Shown: positions 35,463 to 43,502 of the stretch, one piece after another
How positions within the stretch are numbered: position 1 is the stretch's first letter
How the letters are laid out: each line of letters begins with the position of its first letter
Assembly: GCA_031553075.1 (NCBI GenBank)
Contig: JAVBLX010000035.1
Span: 560 to 64,559 of the forward strand
From: Acetivibrio sp.
GTDB taxonomy: Bacteria > Bacillota > Clostridia > Lachnospirales > Lachnospiraceae
Length of the DNA stretch: 64,000 nucleotides
Direction: 5' to 3'
Notes under the pieces: model-generated
Told to the model about the DNA's origin: nothing
Seen by the model: only the letters and a program-made list of their open reading frames with translations
Database searches by the model: none
Translations under genes and position numbers: made by a program

Positions 35463-36317
35463 ATGAAGTTTGCTAATTATGGAATTTTATTTGGTGCGCT
35501 ATTTCTTGGTCTGATGATCATGGATCATATCCGTTCAGAAGCTGTTTCTAAAATGACCGCTCTTTCCGTACAATATAATAATGCGGTAGACAATAGTGTA
35601 GAGGCGGCCATGGCGGAAGCGGTTGAACTGGATACTGGGCATTTTGTATTTGTGAACAAGGAAGAAGTGATGGAGCGCTTTTTCACTGCATTATATGTGA
35701 ATTTTGATAGTATGGAAAATCCAGGGAAAAAGAAGCTTCTGGAGGCTTGTGTACCAGTTGGTGTCTTTGTGGACCGTGATAGCATGACCATCACTTATAA
35801 GAATCAGGAAGGGCGAAAGTGGGATACCATACCATTTATCCAAGAGTATGGGGATTATCGAATATTTTTTACGCTTTCAGATTATATTATAATTGAAGAA
35901 AAATCAGGACAATTTCGTCTGGAGGGCGACTATCACGATGTGAAAAGAGAACTTTTGCGGAAAGAAGCAGTTCCAGAAGAAGCAAGACTTCTTCCTTTTG
36001 AAAAAGCAATTCTTATGGAAGTACTGGGGGATTTGGTCTTTGAGGAGGAAAGGCGCAGGGTGATTATTGACACTCTGGAGGTGAACTTAACCAAAGCCGT
36101 AAAAGAGCATAATCACTATGCTAAGAAAATGGGGGTGGAGTATGAGTTTCAGTTTCCTGTGATTGAGCGGGAGGAATGGTATCAGACAATGGATGATATG
36201 AGTTTTTTTGTTCTATTCCAAGGATATCCTTATGGAGGATTTGGGACAAAATGTTTCAGTAAGGTTGCATTTGGTGGCGCACAGCTAAAAAAGACCAGAT
36301 TTGCAGATAAAAGCTAA
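35463..36317 (+). CDS. N-terminally anchored protein (284 aa), unknown function, in the Tad-like locus
   Basis: MKFANYG-ILFGALFLGLMIM-DH..., then a soluble domain. Same strand and operon. Confidence 0.6.
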   Translation: MKFANYGILFGALFLGLMIMDHIRSEAVSKMTALSVQYNNAVDNSVEAAMAEAVELDTGHFVFVNKEEVMERFFTALYVNFDSMENPGKKKLLEACVPVGVFVDRDSMTITYKNQEGRKWDTIPFIQEYGDYRIFFTLSDYIIIEEKSGQFRLEGDYHDVKRELLRKEAVPEEARLLPFEKAILMEVLGDLVFEEERRRVIIDTLEVNLTKAVKEHNHYAKKMGVEYEFQFPVIEREEWYQTMDDMSFFVLFQGYPYGGFGTKCFSKVAFGGAQLKKTRFADKS

Positions 36318-36364
36318 CAAATAAAATAGTTATAATGCGCGGAGGGGCGCAGAAGGGAGTATAG

Positions 36365-37582
36365 ATGAATTATCGTTGGATACAAATATCATTACTAATC
36401 AGCATTTTATTTTTTGTCATATTAGCACCGAGAGCTTATGCAGCTGATAAAAAGCAAAGTAAAATGAAAGAGGTTGAGTTTCTTACCACATTGGAGCAGA
36501 CAATTGGAGAAGAGAACATGAAGATAGTCTTAGGTGAAGAGGTAAAGAAAAAGGGAATCATTACTAAAGAGCGAGCAGCTTTTTTTCTTGCCCGCGCAGA
36601 GGAGGTCTTTTATGAAACGTCGTTCGAGGAGGAATTTTATAAAATATGTATAAAAAAGAAACGGATTTATGATTATTTCAAGATACAGGAAAGATACAAA
36701 GCGGGTGTTTTAAAAGTTTATATGAAGGGAATTATGGTAGGGGACTCTAATGGGATGTTTTCAGGCAGCAGGACCTTTTCTCCCAAAGCGTATTTGACAA
36801 TAGGAGAAAGTGAAGAAGTTTTAAAACGCTTTGCCAATCCGAAAAGCAGGAAGAAGCTGAGTCCAGATGGACAGCTTCTCCGTACTACCAATCTCCCTAA
36901 AAATGATAAGCTATTTCCTTACATTCTGGCTAGTTTTCCCAATAGCTACTATGAGGCAGGGTTTGCCTATGAAGGTTATGAACCGGCTTTGAAGGAAGGG
37001 CGGGACTACACCAACCCGATAAATGTGAAGGATATAAAAATTACTAAGATTCCCGGTAAAGTAGTACCTATGAGCTGGGCTATGGAACAATATCAAGACC
37101 AGTGGGTGAAAAAAGTAAAAAATAATATGGAAGCACGTTTTAATGTGGATTACCGAACGATTGACAAGGATCATAAGTGGTATAATAAGCTTCACGACTC
37201 TTATTATTTTTATAAGAATGACCCGGACAATTACATTGACAAAGTAAATGTTAAAGAGATGAAAGATTACATAAAATGGGTTAAAAAGAATCATCTTGTG
37301 ATGAAAGGAATTGTTCGACTTGATAAGTCCAGTTTTTATACCTGCCAGGGTGGATATTATTTTCGGGTGTATGTGAAGTTTAAAGTAGCATCTATTGACC
37401 AGATGCCTAAAAAGACGGAAGATTTATTTTACTCCTGTTCTCATTTAGTGGTATTGCGGCCTTTTAAAAAGGGTGTCTGGATAGAAAAATATTTTGATAT
37501 TGCAGTAGGTAGTCCGAATGGGTATTCTCTAGGGGAAGATTATGCCTTGTGTGATGATGCCTTAGTTGATTCAGCATATTAA
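36365..37582 (+). CDS. Secreted protein (405 aa), unknown function
   Basis: Signal peptide MNYRWIQISLLISILFFVILAPRAYA|ADKK. AGAAGGGAG RBS. Lys/Tyr-rich mature part. Confidence 0.7.
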   Translation: MNYRWIQISLLISILFFVILAPRAYAADKKQSKMKEVEFLTTLEQTIGEENMKIVLGEEVKKKGIITKERAAFFLARAEEVFYETSFEEEFYKICIKKKRIYDYFKIQERYKAGVLKVYMKGIMVGDSNGMFSGSRTFSPKAYLTIGESEEVLKRFANPKSRKKLSPDGQLLRTTNLPKNDKLFPYILASFPNSYYEAGFAYEGYEPALKEGRDYTNPINVKDIKITKIPGKVVPMSWAMEQYQDQWVKKVKNNMEARFNVDYRTIDKDHKWYNKLHDSYYFYKNDPDNYIDKVNVKEMKDYIKWVKKNHLVMKGIVRLDKSSFYTCQGGYYFRVYVKFKVASIDQMPKKTEDLFYSCSHLVVLRPFKKGVWIEKYFDIAVGSPNGYSLGEDYALCDDALVDSAY

Positions 37583-37592
37583 GAGGTGTGCT

Positions 37593-40500
37593 ATGCGGTA
37601 TTTCAAGGTTTTTGTGATTTTTGTGATATTTGGAATTGGCATAGGTATAGGAACTAATAAGGGCATGACGGCAACAAAACCCAAATTAGAGGATGACGGA
37701 AATATTGTTTTTGCAACTACAGATACTATAGCAACTACAGGTATCACGTGGAGTGAGGTTGGGTTTACAATAAGAAGAGATGAATCAGATGGAAGCCCTA
37801 TGAAAGACAAAAAGTATGCAATTCTTTTGTTAAAGGACTCTTATCGCACCAAAAAGGATAATGGAAATGGTAAATACACGGTAACCTTTCGAATCCCCAA
37901 GGAGGATGTGAATGCTGCAATGACAAAGGCTGGCATTTCGGCCATTGAAGATGAGGATATCATTTATCTCAACGGAATTTTCAAAGTCACTCGAAACGGT
38001 GTGGCAGACAAGAATTATTATTATACATTGAACGGGATAAGAGGTGCGGCGGACTGGAGAAATAAGAATGATTTTAAAGAGCTGTTTGATCTTAAGATGC
38101 CCTTTGAAAGCACAAAATATCCAGTAACGATAGAGTACTATACCAGCCAGAACCAGCTGATTGCCACAAAGTCGCTGGGAGAGTATAAGGAAGGTGAAAA
38201 GGTAAGCGTCACGTTGGATACCAGTAAGCGCTTTGATGGTAATTCGTATGAAATATATCGGAGCTATCTGGTTCACCTTAAGAATGAAGGGAAAAAAGTA
38301 GAGGATTATCGCACTGCTAATGGAAATACCCTGACAGAAATTACCAATCGTCAGTTTAAGGCGGGAATGGGCGGAACAAAGATAATCGCATTGATGAAAA
38401 AGGAAAGCGACCCTAAGACAATAGAAGAGGATGTTGGAAGTATAGGAGATGAGCTTCCTGATAAGGTAGAAAGTTTTGGTGTGATGAATGGGGATGACAG
38501 GGGCAACGAGGCTTATGAGGCTACAGATGGAATTCCAGTCATGGAAAATTTATATGCCAATGGCTTTTGCGAGGACTACATTAGGGAATATGAATTTAAG
38601 AAAAAAGAAGGAGTAAAAACATATCCAGTGGTGGTCAGACGGACGTATATCCTTACTTGGACGGAAACTTCCAGTGTGTGGAATCAGAAGACCAAGAAAA
38701 TGGAGACCACATATAGGAACCAATCCTATTCGACAACGGTTATGCAAACCATTTCAATAAAGCGAAATTATGCTTACTGGCAGATTGAGCGGCTTGGATT
38801 ATACCTGCCAAAGCAGATGATGATTCAAAATGGAGCCTTGCCGGGAGGACTTATTTATCTGGAGGGAAGGGAACCGAGGAAGCCTGTCGTTTTATACCAG
38901 CAATGGGGAGCAGAAGAAAACCATATTAAGGACCCTGTCTATCCTAAAACTATAACACTTTCCTCGGTAACCATATCTGGTGGCAGCAGCATGCCATCGG
39001 TTCCATCGGAGGACTTTTCCAGCTATGCAGAACACCAGGTTTCTGAAATTATGGTTCGCAATGACAGCCTTTCATGGGAAGGGAAGGAAATCATGAATGG
39101 GGAATATACCACCAAACAAGGAAAGAAGCCGAAGGAAATTCCTGGCAGCAGTCAGTTAATTGGTGAAAATGTATTTTATGAAAAAGGGATTGCAATTGAG
39201 AAAACAAGAATGAATGGAACTTATAGTTCATCTGGAAAAGTAGTATATGAAGCAATGCTTCGTTTGGGAAAGGGAACGGAAAAGCAAGTCAGCTATGTGG
39301 TGGAAGATATTAATCCAGTCACGGTGCATACTCCAGTAGTATGTAATGGCATGGTAGAAGATAAGTACCGGGATTGTCAAATGCTTTTTCCAGATACCAA
39401 TCGGTGCTCCCTGGTTTTGGGACTGGAATTTAAGGTGCGAATGGAAACAGAAGGGCAACATCGATTGATTAAGGGTTATGGTTATAACGATTACCAAAAA
39501 TATATGAGTTTGCGTCAGGTTAAATTCCCCTTTGATGTTGTCAAGAATGGAGTACGAAAACCAGCAGATCAGTGGATGGATGCGGAAGTGGAGGAGACCT
39601 ATTTTCTGCCTTGTGATGTCATGGAAGGTCAGTACGAAATCGAATTTCGAACCGTGGCAGTAAATAATGCGGGCAGCTTGGAGAACGGACAGCCATATGC
39701 AAATGAAGATCTGGACTATTATGTGGCGGTAAACCAGGTTCCGGTGGAAGTAAGTGGGCGTTTATATCAGCTTAAGGTCTTTGATATTTCAGACTATCCA
39801 CTTTGGAAAAGAGTCTTCCGAAAAGAAAATTCGTTGGAAAAAAGCGGATTCTCCTTTTCGGTTCTGGATTTTCCAATAAGAAAGGGAAAGCATCCTCTTT
39901 ATCCAGCAGAAGGTTCGTTAAAACCCGGATATATGCTGCGAATGTCTCTTATTACCAGTGGAAATATGGAGGGAGAAAAGTGCTGTCTGCGAGTTATACC
40001 CAGGTTTTATCATATAAACAAGGTCTATGACAACCCGGTGGAGGTAGAGGTATACTATGGAGAAACCATAGAAAATCGATACTATCCTTTTGTTGAAATG
40101 GGAAGTTTGGTAGATGAGAAGAATCGAAAGCTACTTAAGCTTTCCGATATAAACCTGGCCATTGCTCAAGAGGAGCTTGACTTTACAGCAAAGAAAAAGT
40201 CATTGACGGTGGAGGAATTAAAAATTCTTACATTTCAAGCATACCAGTATAATCAAATTCTGATTCCGTCTATGGCACAGATATTGCAGGAAACGCAAGG
40301 AATGCAGAAATGGTATTTTGAATATAGCCTCCCTTCTAAGATTTATGTAGTGGAAAAGGGGGTTGATGTAAAAGACTATTGTCAGAAAAATACACTGACC
40401 TTCCGAGAGGATTTCTGGAAAAAAGAGGGGTATTTAGTTGTGAACTTTGACATTGAAACCATAAAAGATGGGAAAAGGCATTTAAGCTACATAAATGAAA

Positions 40501-40640
40501 CGATGTCACAAATCGGGTATTGCAATATGTGGAAAAAGGAAGGATTTCTTTATGAATATGTATTCCGAGATGGAGATATGGGATTATTTGAGTTGAAAAA
40601 ATCCGCAGCCTTGGATTATCAGAGCCGAGGTACTCATTGA
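37593..40640 (+). CDS. Large (1015 aa) N-terminally anchored extracellular protein, unknown function
   Basis: ATG follows AGAGGTG. MRYFKVFVIFVIFGIGIGIG TM/signal anchor. Beta-rich throughout, e.g. a MucBP-like stretch YPVTIEYYTSQNQLIATKSLGEYKEGEKVSVTL. No LPxTG motif. The track start 37566 overlaps the previous gene. Confidence 0.75.
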   Translation: MRYFKVFVIFVIFGIGIGIGTNKGMTATKPKLEDDGNIVFATTDTIATTGITWSEVGFTIRRDESDGSPMKDKKYAILLLKDSYRTKKDNGNGKYTVTFRIPKEDVNAAMTKAGISAIEDEDIIYLNGIFKVTRNGVADKNYYYTLNGIRGAADWRNKNDFKELFDLKMPFESTKYPVTIEYYTSQNQLIATKSLGEYKEGEKVSVTLDTSKRFDGNSYEIYRSYLVHLKNEGKKVEDYRTANGNTLTEITNRQFKAGMGGTKIIALMKKESDPKTIEEDVGSIGDELPDKVESFGVMNGDDRGNEAYEATDGIPVMENLYANGFCEDYIREYEFKKKEGVKTYPVVVRRTYILTWTETSSVWNQKTKKMETTYRNQSYSTTVMQTISIKRNYAYWQIERLGLYLPKQMMIQNGALPGGLIYLEGREPRKPVVLYQQWGAEENHIKDPVYPKTITLSSVTISGGSSMPSVPSEDFSSYAEHQVSEIMVRNDSLSWEGKEIMNGEYTTKQGKKPKEIPGSSQLIGENVFYEKGIAIEKTRMNGTYSSSGKVVYEAMLRLGKGTEKQVSYVVEDINPVTVHTPVVCNGMVEDKYRDCQMLFPDTNRCSLVLGLEFKVRMETEGQHRLIKGYGYNDYQKYMSLRQVKFPFDVVKNGVRKPADQWMDAEVEETYFLPCDVMEGQYEIEFRTVAVNNAGSLENGQPYANEDLDYYVAVNQVPVEVSGRLYQLKVFDISDYPLWKRVFRKENSLEKSGFSFSVLDFPIRKGKHPLYPAEGSLKPGYMLRMSLITSGNMEGEKCCLRVIPRFYHINKVYDNPVEVEVYYGETIENRYYPFVEMGSLVDEKNRKLLKLSDINLAIAQEELDFTAKKKSLTVEELKILTFQAYQYNQILIPSMAQILQETQGMQKWYFEYSLPSKIYVVEKGVDVKDYCQKNTLTFREDFWKKEGYLVVNFDIETIKDGKRHLSYINETMSQIGYCNMWKKEGFLYEYVFRDGDMGLFELKKSAALDYQSRGTH

Positions 40641-40798
40641 TCATGCATTTCACCTTAAGTTATGAACAAAATATGACGAAAGATTAAACTTTTATTTTCC
40701 CAGTATATTTTGCTTGCAGAAATACAAAGTTAAGAGTAGAATAGGTAAGGTAGGCATAGGGCGTAGGACCTATTTAAAGGTAGTTATAGATTGGAGTC

Positions 40799-41395
40799 AT
40801 GACATTGAGGAAGAAATCTCATATTTCGGTTGCAAATTATTTGTTAAACAGTCACGGCATGGAATATTTGCAGGGACATAAGAAGTCGTTTTATCTGGGA
40901 AGTATCCTTCCCGATTGTGTACCATCGTTTATTACCCGCAGACATTGTATAGAAGACACCATTGACATACTGAAAAAGGAAATAGACAAGGTAACCGAGC
41001 ACTATGATGCAACCCAGGGGCTTACACCTTATTTTTGCAGACATCTGGGTGTTATTACTCATTACGTAGCGGATTATTTCACCTTTCCTCACAATGAAAC
41101 CTACCCTGGTAATATAAAAGATCATTGTGTTTATGAAGAAGATTTAAAACATGCTATCAGAGCATATGTAAAATCAGAAGATGCTATGCGAGTACGGGAA
41201 AAAAATGGCTTATTCGCCAATTCAGACGAAATTATTTCCTTTATCCGAAGGGCTCACGATGAATATTTGAAGCTGATTAACCAGGTAAAGCTGGATTGCA
41301 TGTATATCGTGGAGCTTTGCCACAAGGTAGTGGATGCCATTCTTCAGTTGTTTGAAATGGAACTTGGCAGACATGGCATTTTAGTTATGGAATAA
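40799..41395 (+). CDS. Zinc-dependent phospholipase C-like family protein (putative)
   Basis: 198 aa. His/Asp pattern (KSHISVANYLL..., GSILPD, HYVADYFTFPHN) recalls the small PLC-like family. Assigned by eye only. Confidence 0.5.
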   Translation: MTLRKKSHISVANYLLNSHGMEYLQGHKKSFYLGSILPDCVPSFITRRHCIEDTIDILKKEIDKVTEHYDATQGLTPYFCRHLGVITHYVADYFTFPHNETYPGNIKDHCVYEEDLKHAIRAYVKSEDAMRVREKNGLFANSDEIISFIRRAHDEYLKLINQVKLDCMYIVELCHKVVDAILQLFEMELGRHGILVME

Positions 41396-41412
41396 AGTAT
41401 ACCAATTACATA

Positions 41413-41462
41413 AGAAGGTATCACAACTGATATGAATAAGTCTGTGATACCTTCTTTTATTT
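41413..41462 (+). terminator. Intrinsic terminator
   Basis: 13-bp stem AGAAGGTATCACA / TGTGATACCTTCT followed by TTTTATTT. Confidence 0.75.
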
Positions 41463-41506
41463 AGAACGTCTTTTATTTAGAACATCTTTTATTTAGAAAA
41501 GAACAT
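41454..41506. repeat. Tandem repeat CTTTTATTTAGAACRT x3
   Basis: Copies at 41454-41469, 41470-41485 and 41486-41506 (the last carries a 5-nt insertion). They lie between convergent genes and abut the ABC-F stop codon. Confidence 0.85.
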
Positions 41507-41507
41507 C

Positions 41508-43142
41508 TTAATCTTCCTCTTCTTCCAACTGAACGCTAAGAACCTGTCTCTTTCTGGCCATTTCATCACTATCCAAGTACTCATCATAAGTGGTAATCTT
41601 ATCAATCAAGCCACTTGGAGTGAGTTCCATAATACGGTTGGCAATCGTCTGAATGAACTGGTGATCCTGAGAAGTAAACAGCACAACACCGGAATATTTC
41701 ATAATACCATTATTTAATGCGGTAATTGATTCCATATCCAAGTGGTTAGTAGGTTCATCCATAATCAGGACATTGGCAGCCATTAACATCATCTTAGACA
41801 GCATAACACGAACTTTTTCACCACCGGAAAGAATATTTACTTTCTTCATACCGTCATCGCCGGCAAAAAGCATTCTGCCCATAAATCCGCGGACATAAGT
41901 AACATCCTTTTCAGGAGAATAAGGCATTAACCAGTCCACAATGGTTTCACTTCCAGAAAACTCCTTTGTATTATCCTTAGGGAAATAAGCCTGGGTAGTG
42001 GTAACGCCCCATTTATAAGAACCTTCATCCGGTTCCATTTCTCCAGACAGAATTTTAAAAAGAGTAGTAGTAGCCAGCGTATTACTACCTACAAAAGCTG
42101 CTTTATCCTCACGATTTAAAATAAAGGAAATGTCATCCAATACCTTAACACCATCAATGGTTTTAGACAAATTAGTTACGGTCAGGACTTCATTACCGAT
42201 CTCTCTGCTTGGTCTGAAATCAATATATGGATATTTACGACTGGAAGGACGAATATCATCCAGCTCAATCTTTTCCAGAGCTCTCTTACGGGAAGTGGCC
42301 TGTTTAGACTTGGAAGCATTGGCACTGAAGCGCTGGATAAAATCCTGCAATTCCTTAATCTTTTCTTCCTTCTTCTTATTCGCTTCCTTCATTTGTTTTA
42401 CCATTAACTGACTGGACTCATACCAGAAGTCATAGTTTCCGGCATACAACTGGATTTTGGCATAATCAATATCCGCCGTATGAGTACAAACCTTATTTAA
42501 GAAATAACGGTCATGGGAAACCACAATAACCGTATTATCAAAATTAATCAGAAATTCTTCCAACCATCGAATTGCTTCCAAATCCAAATGGTTAGTAGGT
42601 TCATCCAACAGAAGAATATCTGGATTACCAAACAAAGCCTGAGCCAGTAACACTTTAATCTTCTGAGAACCATTCAAATCCTTCATCAGATAATAATGCA
42701 AATCTGTTTCAATACCAAGACCATTTAAAAGAGTAGCGGCATCCGATTCTGCTTCCCAGCCATTTAAAGTTGCAAACTCGCCTTCCAGCTCGCTGGCCTT
42801 CATACCGTCCGCTTCTGTAAAATCCTCTTTGGCATAGATGGCATCTTTCTCTTTCATGATATCGTAAAGTCTTTGATTTCCCATAATAACCGTATCCAGT
42901 ACCGAGAACTCATCATACTTAAAGTGATCTTGCTTAAGGAAAGAAAGTCTTTGCCCAGGTGTAATAATAACATCTCCCTGTGTAGGCTCCAATTCTCCGG
43001 TCAAAATCCGCAAAAATGTAGATTTTCCAGCGCCATTCGCACCAATCAGTCCATAACAGTTACCTTCTGTAAATTTAATGTTTACCTCTTCAAACAGAGC
43101 CTTTTTGCCCAAACGAAGAGTGATATTACTTGCTTGAATCAT
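41508..43142 (-). CDS. ABC-F family ATPase (YbiT-like, no TM domains)
   Basis: 544 aa. Two ABC cassettes (GANGAGKST; LSGGEKVR). The N-terminus closely resembles E. coli YbiT as I recall it. Confidence 0.88.
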   Translation of the reverse strand: MIQASNITLRLGKKALFEEVNIKFTEGNCYGLIGANGAGKSTFLRILTGELEPTQGDVIITPGQRLSFLKQDHFKYDEFSVLDTVIMGNQRLYDIMKEKDAIYAKEDFTEADGMKASELEGEFATLNGWEAESDAATLLNGLGIETDLHYYLMKDLNGSQKIKVLLAQALFGNPDILLLDEPTNHLDLEAIRWLEEFLINFDNTVIVVSHDRYFLNKVCTHTADIDYAKIQLYAGNYDFWYESSQLMVKQMKEANKKKEEKIKELQDFIQRFSANASKSKQATSRKRALEKIELDDIRPSSRKYPYIDFRPSREIGNEVLTVTNLSKTIDGVKVLDDISFILNREDKAAFVGSNTLATTTLFKILSGEMEPDEGSYKWGVTTTQAYFPKDNTKEFSGSETIVDWLMPYSPEKDVTYVRGFMGRMLFAGDDGMKKVNILSGGEKVRVMLSKMMLMAANVLIMDEPTNHLDMESITALNNGIMKYSGVVLFTSQDHQFIQTIANRIMELTPSGLIDKITTYDEYLDSDEMARKRQVLSVQLEEEED

Positions 43143-43361
43143 ATCAAAAATCCTTTCTATTTAAAAAAACAAACAGGTTCATAAATAAGTACATAAATAA
43201 TATGTAACAAATAAGTACAATATTTTGAACATACCAAACATCATTTTACCTCAAATTCCATATTTTGCAAGGGTTTTTACAAAAAAATTAGAAAAAGATT
43301 GGAACTGAAATCAGAATTGTTCAGAATGATCAAAATGTCAATGGGCAGAAATTGAGAATGT

Positions 43362-43425
43362 TTCGTAATTATTCGTAATTATTCACGAATAAAACTTGTA
43401 TTCCACCCACATTTCGTGCTATGAT
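43362..43425 (+). promoter_or_regulatory. Candidate operator plus extended -10 promoter for the downstream ABC-F gene
   Basis: Direct repeat TTCGTAATTAT x2 and inverted repeat ATTCGT-N8-ACGAAT (43371-43390). TTGTAT (43396-43401) and TGcTATGAT (43417-43425). Confidence 0.35.
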
Positions 43426-43502
43426 AAAGAATAAACCTGTTCAATTAAAGTAAATATTTGGAAGCCAAGCAAAACAAAAAAGCGGAAATATAAGGAGTTA
43501 CC

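Noticed and set aside
29600-41500. The Tad-like locus as part of a mobile genomic island.
   Set aside because: There is no integrase, transposase, tRNA gene, flanking direct repeat or phage/conjugation gene on either side. The flanks are ordinary housekeeping genes. Horizontal origin cannot be excluded without composition statistics and comparative genomics.
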